This document shows positions 11,289 through 21,582 of a stretch of DNA of 64,000 nt, piece after piece. Under the pieces are notes generated by a model. It had not been told where the DNA came from and searched no databases. It worked only from the letters and a program-made list of their open reading frames with translations. Position 1 is the first letter of the stretch, and each line of letters opens with the position of its first letter. The stretch is from Gammaproteobacteria bacterium (GTDB lineage: Bacteria; Pseudomonadota; Gammaproteobacteria; SZUA-152). The DNA is taken from the NCBI GenBank assembly GCA_021647705.1, contig JAKIUF010000005.1:43936-107935 (forward strand), written 5' to 3'. The translations under genes and the position numbers were made by a program.

Positions 11289-12650
11289 TTGATGTTAACC
11301 GAAGTAATTACTGCTGAATCAGACCTTGTCAATACATTATCACGCATACAATTCGGCATTACAGCCAGCTATCACATTATTTTCCCCAGCCTTTTGATTG
11401 GCTTGTCTACGCTACTCACTTATCTTTACGGCAAGTGGCTTCAAACAAACAATCATGTGTACCTTGTCAGCTATGAATTCTGGCTAAAATTAGTCGCTAT
11501 CGTATATCTACTCGCGGCTATCACAGGCGTCGCGCTTTCTTCACAAATAGATAATGTCTTTGGTGGTTTTTACCAGCAGTTGGAAAGCGCTTTATCTCCT
11601 ATACGGCAAATCGAATTGATTCTTGCTATCGTTTTAGAGGGCGGCTGCATAGGTGTAATGCTTTTTTATGCCCGCACTCAACGATCTTACGGCCGTTTTT
11701 CCGCAACTATTTTATTCAATATTGGAATCTTCTTAACGGCATTATTTGTTATCAGCAGAAATTCATGGATGAATACACCAGCAGGCATCGAGTGGATTGA
11801 CAATGAAATTCATGTACTAAATTATATCGATATTCTTTTTAACCCAAGCTTCCCATTGCGTTATCTGCATATGATTGTGGCGGGATTAATGGCTACCAGT
11901 TTTGTTGTTATGGGAATTGCGGCCTTTAGGTTACTTAAATATAACCATGATATCGTTGCCATTAAAAGCTTTAACATTGGATTCAAATCGGCATTAGTAT
12001 TTACGATATGCCAATTCATTATTGGTGACCTACACGGCCTTAACGTATACAAACATCAACCATTAAAAATAGCCAGTATGGAAGGGCACTGGGAGACCAA
12101 AAAAGGGAGTGATTTTATTCTTTGGGCAAACCCCAGTGAAGAAAATGAACTCAATCACCACGAAATAAAAATACCGTATGCATTAAGCATAATCCTTACT
12201 CACGAAATTAATGGCGAAGTACTAGGCATAAAGGAGATGCCAAAAAATGAACGGCCTAATATAAGCCTCGCGTTCTATACCTTTCGGATAATGCTTGCCT
12301 TGTCACTACTGATGTTAGCCATGGTGTTAATCGGTGTAATCAAATCAAAATCAAACCCGCTCCATCAGCAGAAATGGTTTTTAAGAATAGCATTATTTAT
12401 GTCACCTTCTGGCTTAATCGCAATTATTGCCGGATGGATTGTCGCCGAAGTTTCCCGACAGCCCTGGGTAGTTTACGGCATGATTAAAACCAGCCAAACA
12501 ATTAGCGCTCACTCAGCCGAGCAAATAATCACTTCGATGATCACCTTCTCACTCCTGTATCTGCTTTTATCGATTGCTGCAATAATATTTGTCGGCAAAG
12601 TTATTCTTAATGGAAACGTACAAACAAAATATAGGATAGGAAGCGATTAA
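11289..12650 (+). CDS. Cytochrome bd-type quinol oxidase subunit I-like protein (CydA family), apparently orphan (no cydB)
   Basis: N-terminal [23 protein letters not shown] matches the CydA signature. Nine or more TM segments. The gene is AT-rich (~36% GC) relative to its neighbours. No subunit-II gene follows. Confidence 0.7.
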   Translation: MMLTEVITAESDLVNTLSRIQFGITASYHIIFPSLLIGLSTLLTYLYGKWLQTNNHVYLVSYEFWLKLVAIVYLLAAITGVALSSQIDNVFGGFYQQLESALSPIRQIELILAIVLEGGCIGVMLFYARTQRSYGRFSATILFNIGIFLTALFVISRNSWMNTPAGIEWIDNEIHVLNYIDILFNPSFPLRYLHMIVAGLMATSFVVMGIAAFRLLKYNHDIVAIKSFNIGFKSALVFTICQFIIGDLHGLNVYKHQPLKIASMEGHWETKKGSDFILWANPSEENELNHHEIKIPYALSIILTHEINGEVLGIKEMPKNERPNISLAFYTFRIMLALSLLMLAMVLIGVIKSKSNPLHQQKWFLRIALFMSPSGLIAIIAGWIVAEVSRQPWVVYGMIKTSQTISAHSAEQIITSMITFSLLYLLLSIAAIIFVGKVILNGNVQTKYRIGSD

Positions 12651-14431
12651 TGTTTGGCGGCGATTACATCAGTTATATTGATGCCAAGTTTTATCATACG
12701 TGAACGTAAAGTATTGGGGTGCATGGACAATACTGCAGCGGCACCTCTTGTGCCAGAAATAATACCGCGAGTATGCATTAAAATGCGTTCAATGTGTGCG
12801 CGTTCTACTTCTGCCAGTGTCAGTAGCTGTTGAGAATCAGCCCCCGCTACTTCTAGCCTCTTTGGGATAAGACTTATCACATCGACACTGGACATTGTTG
12901 CCAATATTGCGGCACGCTCGATAACATTCCTCAGCTCGCGGATATTCCCTGGCCAGTCATATGCCTCTAACATTGCCAAACCATCACCGGAAAACCCGGT
13001 AAGCGTCTTACCAAATTTGCGTGCTGCACAACTGAGAAAATGTTTCGCCAACAATGCAACATCTTCGTGACGCTCACGTAATGCCGGGGCTTCTATCGGG
13101 AATACATTTAAACGATAATAGAGGTCTTTTCGGAAGCTGCCTTCTTCGACCAACTGAGCCAAGTCACGATTCGTTGCAGCGATAATCCTGACATTAACAC
13201 GGATCAGTTTTTCACCACCAAGGCGCTCGAACTCTTGCTCTTGCAGCACACGCAAGAGTTTTACTTGCGTATCTAACGGCAATTCACCAACCTCATCAAG
13301 AAACAAAGTGCCACCATCAGCAAGCTCAAAGCGCCCTCTGCGGCGATCATGCGCACCAGTAAAGGCTCCCTTTTCATGACCAAAAAGCTCACTCTCTACC
13401 AGGCTTGATGACAACGTCCCACAATTCACCTTTACCAGCGGGTGATCACGCCGCGGGCTATTTTCATGTACTGCATGGGCGATTAATTCTTTACCTGTCC
13501 CGCTTTCTCCTAATACCAGAACGCTCGCATCCGTCGGTGCGACATGTTCAATTTTTTCCAGCATTCGTCGAACAGGTAACGATGTACCGACAACCTCACC
13601 AAAAGCCAACTCTTCTCGAATTTCTTCCTGTAAGTAATTGTTTTGCTCTTCAAGCTGCTCTTTTAATTTTGCTACCTCATCAAATGCTTCAAGAAGATCT
13701 TTTTTAGCCTTTTTTTGCGCAGTGGTATCTTTAAAAACCGCAACAGCTCCCACTAATGTTCCATTCTCATAGATGGGAGTACTGGTGTATTCCACCGGAA
13801 AACAGGTACCATCTTTACGCCAAAATACCTCGCCTTCAATATGATGGATTACACCATCTTTTATTGCGGCATAAATTGGACATTCTTCCTGGGGGTAGGG
13901 CGTTCCATCTTCGTGACTATGATGATGAAGATAATGAATTGAGTGACCAATCATCTCTGCGGCACTCCAACCTGTCATGCGTTCTGCGGCTGGATTAACA
14001 AACGTTGCCTTACCTTCGAGATTAAGCCCGTAAATGCCTTCGCCAGCGGCGTTCAGAATCGACTCAGCATGGTGCTTAAGCACCTTTATGTCAGCTTCGG
14101 ATTTTTTATACTGGCTGATATTAGCCGCAATGACATCCACACCAACAACACTCCCACTCTTATCGTTCACGGGCGTCATCGTAAAAAGAAATAGGCGACT
14201 GGCAATACATTGTTCAAACGCCTGAACCTCGCCATTTAATGCTTTTTGACAGTTTTCAATTAATTCAGTGGAGATGCCAAGGCTGTGCAGCCGCTGCCCC
14301 AGTATTGATGCACCATCATAGGGAAACGGCCATTTTTGTCCTGCAAACTCGATAACACACATATCATGACCCACCCTCCAATAAAAACTTTGGGCGATCT
14401 CTTTTAGCTCATTGCTCATCACGATTTTCAC
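12647..14431 (-). CDS. Sigma-54-dependent transcriptional activator with tandem PAS sensor domains (NtrC/Fis family enhancer-binding protein)
   Basis: Central AAA+ sigma54-interaction domain ([21 protein letters not shown]-type motif region). C-terminal HTH. N-terminal PAS-like repeats. Confidence 0.85.
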   Translation of the reverse strand: MKIVMSNELKEIAQSFYWRVGHDMCVIEFAGQKWPFPYDGASILGQRLHSLGISTELIENCQKALNGEVQAFEQCIASRLFLFTMTPVNDKSGSVVGVDVIAANISQYKKSEADIKVLKHHAESILNAAGEGIYGLNLEGKATFVNPAAERMTGWSAAEMIGHSIHYLHHHSHEDGTPYPQEECPIYAAIKDGVIHHIEGEVFWRKDGTCFPVEYTSTPIYENGTLVGAVAVFKDTTAQKKAKKDLLEAFDEVAKLKEQLEEQNNYLQEEIREELAFGEVVGTSLPVRRMLEKIEHVAPTDASVLVLGESGTGKELIAHAVHENSPRRDHPLVKVNCGTLSSSLVESELFGHEKGAFTGAHDRRRGRFELADGGTLFLDEVGELPLDTQVKLLRVLQEQEFERLGGEKLIRVNVRIIAATNRDLAQLVEEGSFRKDLYYRLNVFPIEAPALRERHEDVALLAKHFLSCAARKFGKTLTGFSGDGLAMLEAYDWPGNIRELRNVIERAAILATMSSVDVISLIPKRLEVAGADSQQLLTLAEVERAHIERILMHTRGIISGTRGAAAVLSMHPNTLRSRMIKLGINITDVIAAKH

Positions 14432-14802
14432 TTTTACGTTACTGATGTTACGCAGAATTCAGCTATGGGTTCATTATTCGAGAGCGTGGCATCAGTTGCT
14501 TTAAAAAAGACACTTTACTGTCTATTCGTCACCCAATAGAGCATCAAGCCTAACGAAATATCGTGCAAAAGCCAAACAAAGACATAAACCTTCTTTTCTT
14601 GTCACTATATTTCGTACATTTACTATATATCGTAACACTCTGTACGCACCGTAATTCATATTGCATCCGCACGAAACATCTATCCTGTTGAATTAAAAAG
14701 AAATTCATTACAAATAAAAAGATGGCTCATTTTTTGCCTTATCACTGCGAAGGGCTGCACTTAAATAGTGTGCTACCCGCACTAAATCATCTGGAAAACT
14801 CA

Positions 14803-15849
14803 ATGACAAAAGATATGAGCCTTAACATTACCACCGCCCTATTATTGATAATAAGCACTCACACACTAGCAGGCTTCGAACCACTACCACTTATTGCTCC
14901 AGAGCCATCAGACAACCCAAGCTCTGTCGCCAAAATAAACTTAGGGAAACAACTTTTTTTTGACCCTCGCCTGTCACTTGACGGAACAATATCCTGCAAT
15001 ACTTGCCACGATGTTTCTGGTAACGGCACCGATAGCGCCGCAGTCTCAACGGGTATCGGTGGACAAAAAGGAGAGCGTTCTGCACCCACCATATGGAACG
15101 CCGCCTTCTTAAGCTCACAATTTTGGGATGGGCGCGCCGCTACGCTTGAGGAACAAGCAAAAGGTCCGATTCTCAACCCTATTGAAATGGGAATGCCACA
15201 TCAGGAGGCTGCTGTTGAGCGTATTGCGGCAATCCCTGGATACCGAAAACAATTCGCCGCGATCTTTGATGAAAAAAAACCCGTAACTTATGACAATATC
15301 GCCAAAGCAATCGCGGCCTATGAGCGCACACTCATCACACCCAACAGTCCGTTTGATCGTTTTTTAAGAGGGGATAAAACAGCGCTGTCTGCACAAGCAC
15401 AGAAAGGCATGAAGGAGTTCGAAGAAATTGGCTGTATTCTTTGCCATAAAGGGCCAGCTCTCGCAGGACCATCGACGCTGAAAAAAGGTGAAATTTATTT
15501 TCAATGGTTCCCGGCCATGCCCAGCGACTACGATGAAAAATACAAACTTAAAGAAGACCTTGGATACAATCAGGGAAATGATAAAGCCCCTACAGGTAAA
15601 TGGCGTGTACCCACTCTGCGTAACATCGCCCTCACAGCACCATACTTTCATAACGGCTCAGTAAAAACATTAAATGAAGCCGTGCGAGTAATGGCCCGCG
15701 CACAACGCAATCGCGTACTAACAGATCAACAAGCTGCAAACCTTGTCGCATTTCTTGAGAGTCTGACAGGTGAATTTGTTGTACAAAAAAGACCTGAACT
15801 TCCGCCAATGGGCGATGAGGATCAACAATCAACGCTTTCAAACTATTGA
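14803..15849 (+). CDS. Di-heme cytochrome c peroxidase (CcpA/MauG family)
   Basis: Signal peptide, then two CXXCH motifs (CNTCHD and CILCHKG) with CCP-typical spacing. The ATG at 14803 was chosen inside the longer tool ORF. Confidence 0.85.
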   Translation: MTKDMSLNITTALLLIISTHTLAGFEPLPLIAPEPSDNPSSVAKINLGKQLFFDPRLSLDGTISCNTCHDVSGNGTDSAAVSTGIGGQKGERSAPTIWNAAFLSSQFWDGRAATLEEQAKGPILNPIEMGMPHQEAAVERIAAIPGYRKQFAAIFDEKKPVTYDNIAKAIAAYERTLITPNSPFDRFLRGDKTALSAQAQKGMKEFEEIGCILCHKGPALAGPSTLKKGEIYFQWFPAMPSDYDEKYKLKEDLGYNQGNDKAPTGKWRVPTLRNIALTAPYFHNGSVKTLNEAVRVMARAQRNRVLTDQQAANLVAFLESLTGEFVVQKRPELPPMGDEDQQSTLSNY

Positions 15850-15966
15850 AATAAGCTCCACAGAGCAGAGATGGGGGGCACAGACACATGAACAAAATAA
15901 AAAGAGGAAAGCCTGTGATTTACAATAAAATACAGTCAAACAGCCATGACCTTTGAGGTGTAGACA

Positions 15967-17169
15967 TCAAAACCCTAACATCACGCTTAGAACTAACCTT
16001 GAGTCAGATGCAAATGATTTTAATGCTGGATCATTATCGACATGGGAAAATTTATACAGGTTTGCTTCAACAAACCATTGATGCTTGATACGTGTTTTGG
16101 CTCGAAGATCCCAAAGAGTTGAATCATAATCCAGGTCACGGGTTAATCGCAGCTCATATTCGGTGCTGTTTAAGTCATTTACAGCAAGGCGAAGACCAAG
16201 AAAAATATCATTCTGAAAAGGCGTTATAGGCGAGCTACTATCAGATTTTCGTCCATCATAATAATACTCACCATACAATGTCAGCGCATTTTTGCTGGAA
16301 CCCATACGTGGAAATTCACGTTCCAGACCAATACCCAAACCGGTAAAATTATCATCACTCGTAGAGCGATAAGTTGACTCCAGCTTCACCAACAATTGCC
16401 CTTTGATCCATAACAGTTCAAGCCCGGCTTGTTCTATCCGGGCATAATTGGGTTGTAATGTGATGACATGAGCAATGCCATCCAGATTTGGTGTAAAATA
16501 AGGTGTCCGGGCATGGCCTTTGTAATAAGAGACAGCAAACTCCAGGGATGCCAGCATTTGTGAAATACGCACTGCGGAAGAAAGTGTATTTTGTCCCTTT
16601 TCAAACTCTGCATCAGAATATGCAAATGCTGAGTTCCTGAACCGGTCTTTCCTTTCAGCCAAACGCTCTTCCCGGCTATAAGGCAATAACCATACATCAG
16701 CCCTACCATTATCCAGTAACCAGGAAAGCCTCCCTCCTGGAATACCTTGCTTTATGTCCCCCTGGAAATCCTCAACGCGATCTCTCGGGTTCAGTATGTC
16801 CACCGGGCTGAATGCTTCCAGCACACCCCAGCGTTCCATTAACATACCGCCAGACATTTCAAGCTGTGAAGCGTAGTAACTCAATGCAAGTTCACGCACA
16901 TCACCCCGCCCGGATTTATTCGCCGCAGGATGATAACGGCCAAAAACAGACACATTGATGTCGGTATTACGATTTATCTGACCGTTATAATCCAAGGTTG
17001 TAGCAAGCGCATACTGACTTTGACGATCAGACTGTTCACTGAACAGCGGGGCTTCAGCATAATACTCATACCGGCCTTCCACCTCTCCTTTAAATGTTGC
17101 TCCATTGGCTATCGAATATAGTGCTAACATCGAAAAAACCAATAATACAGAAGCGTGGCCTTTCTTCAT
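15967..17169 (-). CDS. Outer-membrane beta-barrel protein (DUF1302-like), last gene of the PKS/MMPL operon
   Basis: Signal peptide. Alternating amphipathic beta-strand pattern rich in Y/G. C-terminal ...SVMLGF ending in Phe. Sits directly downstream of the LolA-like gene. Confidence 0.55.
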   Translation of the reverse strand: MKKGHASVLLVFSMLALYSIANGATFKGEVEGRYEYYAEAPLFSEQSDRQSQYALATTLDYNGQINRNTDINVSVFGRYHPAANKSGRGDVRELALSYYASQLEMSGGMLMERWGVLEAFSPVDILNPRDRVEDFQGDIKQGIPGGRLSWLLDNGRADVWLLPYSREERLAERKDRFRNSAFAYSDAEFEKGQNTLSSAVRISQMLASLEFAVSYYKGHARTPYFTPNLDGIAHVITLQPNYARIEQAGLELLWIKGQLLVKLESTYRSTSDDNFTGLGIGLEREFPRMGSSKNALTLYGEYYYDGRKSDSSSPITPFQNDIFLGLRLAVNDLNSTEYELRLTRDLDYDSTLWDLRAKTRIKHQWFVEANLYKFSHVDNDPALKSFASDSRLVLSVMLGF

Positions 17170-17171
17170 TA

Positions 17172-17951
17172 TTATTTGGACCATCTTCTCAGCGCGGTGG
17201 GATTAAGGTCGCTTTCCTTGAAGTCTGCACCAAACTCATAATCAGACCAAATAATCGTCGAGACAGCACCGGTCCTCAGGTTGCTCATCACCATTTTCAT
17301 CGGTCGCCAATACTTACCTGCAAATTTTTTATAGTCATAAAAATGCATTTCTTTTAACGGCCTTCCGTTACTATCATGATATAACAACCGCAAGGGATGA
17401 TAGATTTCCTGGTCCACCCACTCTTTTATCATTTTGTAACTGGAATAAGGATAAGCAGGTGTATTTTCAACGACAAATGTTGGTTTGCCATCCAGCAGCT
17501 CATCTTTGATGTATTTGTAGGTGTATTTTTTGACTTCCCAGGTGCCAATATCTTCAAATGACAATTCACTACCTGCAAAACTTCCACTTTTATCTCTGGC
17601 GGCAAGGCGTTTAGTACGACGAAGTGCGGGCATATAAATCCATTGGTCATCCGGCTCCAAACCATGTGAGTAAGTTAAAGAGACCATTCCGGCCAGGTCT
17701 CTGGGCTCCAGAAAATTGACCAGCCGTTTGTCGCCGTCATCAGGAACTTCAATTGTATACATTTTAAATTTTCGTTCACTGGTAAACCCTCCCGGCCCTT
17801 CCAGGGTCATTATTCCCGATACCGCATAGTTACCAAATCCGGAATCTCGACGCTGTGTTTCTTCTGCAATTTCCAAACCCCGGTCAATATCGGCAAAAAC
17901 CGAAAATGTTGCCAGCAGACTTGCTCCAAATAACAGTGCTCGTTTTTTCAT
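17172..17951 (-). CDS. Periplasmic LolA-like (DUF1329-type) lipid-binding protein
   Basis: Signal peptide MKKRALLFGASLLATFSVFA. Size and sequence pattern match the LolA-like proteins that accompany MMPL exporters. 1-nt overlap with the MMPL gene (ATGA). Confidence 0.5.
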   Translation of the reverse strand: MKKRALLFGASLLATFSVFADIDRGLEIAEETQRRDSGFGNYAVSGIMTLEGPGGFTSERKFKMYTIEVPDDGDKRLVNFLEPRDLAGMVSLTYSHGLEPDDQWIYMPALRRTKRLAARDKSGSFAGSELSFEDIGTWEVKKYTYKYIKDELLDGKPTFVVENTPAYPYSSYKMIKEWVDQEIYHPLRLLYHDSNGRPLKEMHFYDYKKFAGKYWRPMKMVMSNLRTGAVSTIIWSDYEFGADFKESDLNPTALRRWSK

Positions 17952-20239
17952 TATAATTTCCTTGTCTTATAAACAACGGATGGCAGAAACAGGAAGTCGA
18001 ATATCAGGGCCAGAAAAATAACAATCGCTGTCATCAATCCCATCCATGCGTTGATTTGAAATCCTGAAATCGCCAGGCAGGAAAAACCGGCGACCAACAC
18101 AATGGTTGTAATGAGAATCCCCGGCCCTGAATTTTTCATCGCATTCAGGATTGCCTGACTGTGATCAACATCCTTGCCTTTTCGTTCCCTGCGCAATGCT
18201 TCAATCAAGTGTATGGTGTCGTCCACGACAATACCCAGGGTAACGGCAACAATGGCAGCAACCGCCATACCGACTTCACCAACGATCAGCGCCCAGCCAC
18301 CCAATGCGGCAACCGGAGGAATAAAATTGGCCAGAGTGGCAAACACACCTAATACAAAAGATTTAAACAAGAAGAAAAGAAGGACAGAGACCGCTAGCAG
18401 CGCAAGCAGCGTTCCTTTTAGCATTTGGTCAATATTACGTTGGCCAATATAAGAAAAAAGAATACTTGTCCCTGTTGCTTTAGCCGTTTTATGCAATAGT
18501 GGAGTATGCTCTCCCATCCATTGCTCAGCGCGCTGAACAAGATCAAGCATTTCGGATGTTGAGGCATCATACAGTGATACTGTCAGCCTGCTTTCACTTT
18601 TATCCACGGTCACCTGATCCCTCAGTCCAAGCCCCATGGGCAGGGACATTTCGTATAACCATAAATATTGAGCAGCCACATATTTGTCGGTGGGCAAAAT
18701 ATAGTTTTCTTCATCACCACCATTCATGGCTCGATTGATCGTTTTCATGATGTCGGCCAAAGAGTGGACGTGAGACACTTCAGGCTGTTCTCTCAGCCAG
18801 TCTGAAAACTGGTTTAACTGATTTAAGTACTCAGGGTCTGTGATGCCATCCGGGTCGGTTGCCGGTGAGTAATCAATGGTATAAAAACCACCGATATGCT
18901 GATTCATATAATCTGTATCATTTCTGAAATCGAAGCGCTCATCAAAATACTGTACATAACGATCATCCAGTTTATTGGTCAGTGCCAGACTGGCTAGGCC
19001 AAGGCCCAATACAAGAGAGGTCACAATCACTTTGTTTGTGTGACGGGTCACCAGTCCATGCAAAAAAATCCACAGTGACTCTGGCACCAATGGACGTTGC
19101 TGAGAGACACGCCAGGGCAACATCAGAAGCAAAACCGGTAACAAAGTAAGGCTGAAGCCCCAGGCAAACAAGGTACCAAAACCGGCAATCATGCCCAGAT
19201 GGGCAAAGGGAGGTGATTCACTGAACATTAAGGAAAAGAAACCCACGGCGGTGGCCAGACTGGTCATGGTGATGGGACGAATCGTTTCTTTCAGACCCTG
19301 TTGTATTGCCCAGGATTTATCCTTATCAGGGTTTTCCCGGCGAAACCGGGAAACCGCCGAAACAAGGTGTATACAATCTGCGGTTGCAAGCGTCAGAATG
19401 ATAAAGGGTGCAGTGACACTGGGAGATGAGAGGGGTATACCCAACATTCCGGCAACCCCCATTCCACAAGCAATAGCCGCCAGCATAATGACCGTTATTG
19501 CCGAAACTACCCAGACTGACCTGAAGATTAACCAGAGCAGAAAAAGCATCAGCGTAATCATAATCGGGGTTAATAATGCCCCATCATTGGCACCGGCTTC
19601 ACCGAATGCATTGTCCAGCGCCAATGAGCCGGACAGCCGTAAATCAAGCTCATCCTGTGTTGATTCAAAATCGGTAATAATTTTCCTTGCCTGTTCCGTT
19701 AAATTAAATGCAGGGTCTCCCTGTAAAGTGTCATCCAGACGAAACTCCACAGCTACCAATCCTACCTTTGCATCACGGCTCAACAGTTGCCCAAGTAACA
19801 TGGGCTCCTGTATGGCGGCTTGTTTTAAAGCCTGTGCATCCAGGAGAGAAATCTCATCCCCTTTCCGATAAAGATGGTCGATGACAATATCGTCTCCCCG
19901 TGCAACAACACGTTGGAAGTTCGTCACTGAGTCCACACGTTTGGTGTGTGACATCGCCCAGGCTTTATCCGTTAATGTGGTTAACGCTTTTAGTTTTGAG
20001 GGGGTAAACAGGTCGCCCTCTCGGGCGGAAACAATAAATACCAGCGTATTTTCACGGCCATATTTTTTTTCAAAGCGCTCCAATTCCAGAAGTTCCGCGT
20101 TTTCATCTGAGAAAAACACTCGAGCATCACTTCTGAATTCCAACCCGGCAATGCCTGCCGAAATAATAGAGGTCAATAACAACGATATCGAAAAAACAAA
20201 CCAGGGGCGCGCCAGTATCCATTTGGCATAACAATCCAT
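17951..20239 (-). CDS. MMPL-family RND-superfamily lipid exporter
   Basis: 762 aa with two blocks of ~6 TM helices, each preceded by a large periplasmic loop. Typical MMPL topology. N-terminus MDCYAKWILARPWFVFSISLLL. Confidence 0.8.
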   Translation of the reverse strand: MDCYAKWILARPWFVFSISLLLTSIISAGIAGLEFRSDARVFFSDENAELLELERFEKKYGRENTLVFIVSAREGDLFTPSKLKALTTLTDKAWAMSHTKRVDSVTNFQRVVARGDDIVIDHLYRKGDEISLLDAQALKQAAIQEPMLLGQLLSRDAKVGLVAVEFRLDDTLQGDPAFNLTEQARKIITDFESTQDELDLRLSGSLALDNAFGEAGANDGALLTPIMITLMLFLLWLIFRSVWVVSAITVIMLAAIACGMGVAGMLGIPLSSPSVTAPFIILTLATADCIHLVSAVSRFRRENPDKDKSWAIQQGLKETIRPITMTSLATAVGFFSLMFSESPPFAHLGMIAGFGTLFAWGFSLTLLPVLLLMLPWRVSQQRPLVPESLWIFLHGLVTRHTNKVIVTSLVLGLGLASLALTNKLDDRYVQYFDERFDFRNDTDYMNQHIGGFYTIDYSPATDPDGITDPEYLNQLNQFSDWLREQPEVSHVHSLADIMKTINRAMNGGDEENYILPTDKYVAAQYLWLYEMSLPMGLGLRDQVTVDKSESRLTVSLYDASTSEMLDLVQRAEQWMGEHTPLLHKTAKATGTSILFSYIGQRNIDQMLKGTLLALLAVSVLLFFLFKSFVLGVFATLANFIPPVAALGGWALIVGEVGMAVAAIVAVTLGIVVDDTIHLIEALRRERKGKDVDHSQAILNAMKNSGPGILITTIVLVAGFSCLAISGFQINAWMGLMTAIVIFLALIFDFLFLPSVVYKTRKL

Positions 20240-20246
20240 ATTAATT

Positions 20247-21563
20247 TTACACTCCTGCGTAAGCTGTGGTATTCGCCAGTATTCGTTTTAAGGAATCCAG
20301 CGTATAAATAAAGTCTTCCTGTGTATGTTCTGAGGTAATAAAAAAACGAAGACGCGCTTCATTTTCAGGAACCACGGGATACATGACAGCATGGGCAATA
20401 ATGCCAACCTGTTGTAAATCTGACATCAGGTGAACAGCTAACATGCTATCTCCCAACATCACAGGCACTACGGCTGAGGCACCACTCCCTCCTGTATCAA
20501 ACCCCCGTTCTCTTGCCAGTTGGGAAAACTGTCTGACATTATTTTGCAGTCTTTCCACTCGCCATGATTCTTCCAGCATTATTTTTATTGCCCTGTTCGC
20601 GGCAGCGGCAGATGCAGGAGGGAGTCCGGTACTGTACAGAAGCACACCGGGTGCAAAGAAACGCAGCAGTCTTATCATTTCTTCAGAACCACCCAGAAAA
20701 CCACCGCAGCTGGCAAAACTCTTGCTCAGCGTCCCCATAATAATATCAACCTGACTGGCATTAATGTTCCAGTGTTCGCATAAACCCCGCCCGCTTTTTC
20801 CTACCACACCCAATGAGTGAGCCTCATCCACCATCAGCCAACAGTTGTGTTTCTTTTTAAGTTCAACAAGGCGGGGAAGATCTGCCAGATCACCATCCAT
20901 GCTGTAAGCGCCTTCAACAATGATAATTGCTTTTTCATAATTTCCCCGATTCTCATCCAGTAAAGTCGCCAGAGCATCGAAATCATTATGGGGGAAAACA
21001 ATCCGGCGGCTATCAGCCATAACAGCGCCCATAACACCACTGTTATGCATATATTCATCCATAATGATCAGGTCGCGTTTACCCATGAGGTAGCCAATAG
21101 TTGCCACGTTTGTCATATAACCACCCACAGTGGTTACACAACTTTCAAAACCAAACGCATCACACAGGGTGTGTTCCAGCTCCGCATGTATCGCCATCTC
21201 TCCCCCCACCATGCGTGCAGCACCTGCATGTGTCCCATATTGATCGAGAGAGTGTTTGGCGGCATTAATAACGCGCTCATCATTAGCCAGACCAAGATAG
21301 TTGTAACCCGAATAACAAATAAATTCTTTTTTTCTGCTGGTGACCTTGTTGGACAAATGACCGGAGCGCGGCATAAAGTAGGGATTATTCATCCCTTCCC
21401 GTCCATACACATCATCAATTTTTTCAATGATTTTATAATCTGCGGTCTTTGTAACATCCATGGCATGGATACGGGTGTTATCAATACCAGCATCTGTGTT
21501 GATCTTCTTTTTTCCCAAAAACTCGGACTTAAATGATTCTAATAAATCTGCATTCACACTCAT
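20247..21563 (-). CDS. Alpha-oxoamine synthase family PLP-dependent acyltransferase (8-amino-7-oxononanoate synthase / serine palmitoyltransferase-like)
   Basis: Class-II aminotransferase fold. PLP-lysine motif GTLSKSFASCGGFLGG. Start taken at MSVNADLL..., 20 bp downstream of the PKS stop. Confidence 0.85.
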   Translation of the reverse strand: MSVNADLLESFKSEFLGKKKINTDAGIDNTRIHAMDVTKTADYKIIEKIDDVYGREGMNNPYFMPRSGHLSNKVTSRKKEFICYSGYNYLGLANDERVINAAKHSLDQYGTHAGAARMVGGEMAIHAELEHTLCDAFGFESCVTTVGGYMTNVATIGYLMGKRDLIIMDEYMHNSGVMGAVMADSRRIVFPHNDFDALATLLDENRGNYEKAIIIVEGAYSMDGDLADLPRLVELKKKHNCWLMVDEAHSLGVVGKSGRGLCEHWNINASQVDIIMGTLSKSFASCGGFLGGSEEMIRLLRFFAPGVLLYSTGLPPASAAAANRAIKIMLEESWRVERLQNNVRQFSQLARERGFDTGGSGASAVVPVMLGDSMLAVHLMSDLQQVGIIAHAVMYPVVPENEARLRFFITSEHTQEDFIYTLDSLKRILANTTAYAGV

Positions 21564-21582
21564 CAAACATCTCCATATTTTG

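Noticed and set aside
14483-14500. TGGCATCAGTTGCT as a sigma-54 (-24/-12) promoter in front of the cytochrome c peroxidase gene
   Set aside because: The GG-to-GC spacing is 10 nt, not the strict 12 nt of sigma-54 promoters.
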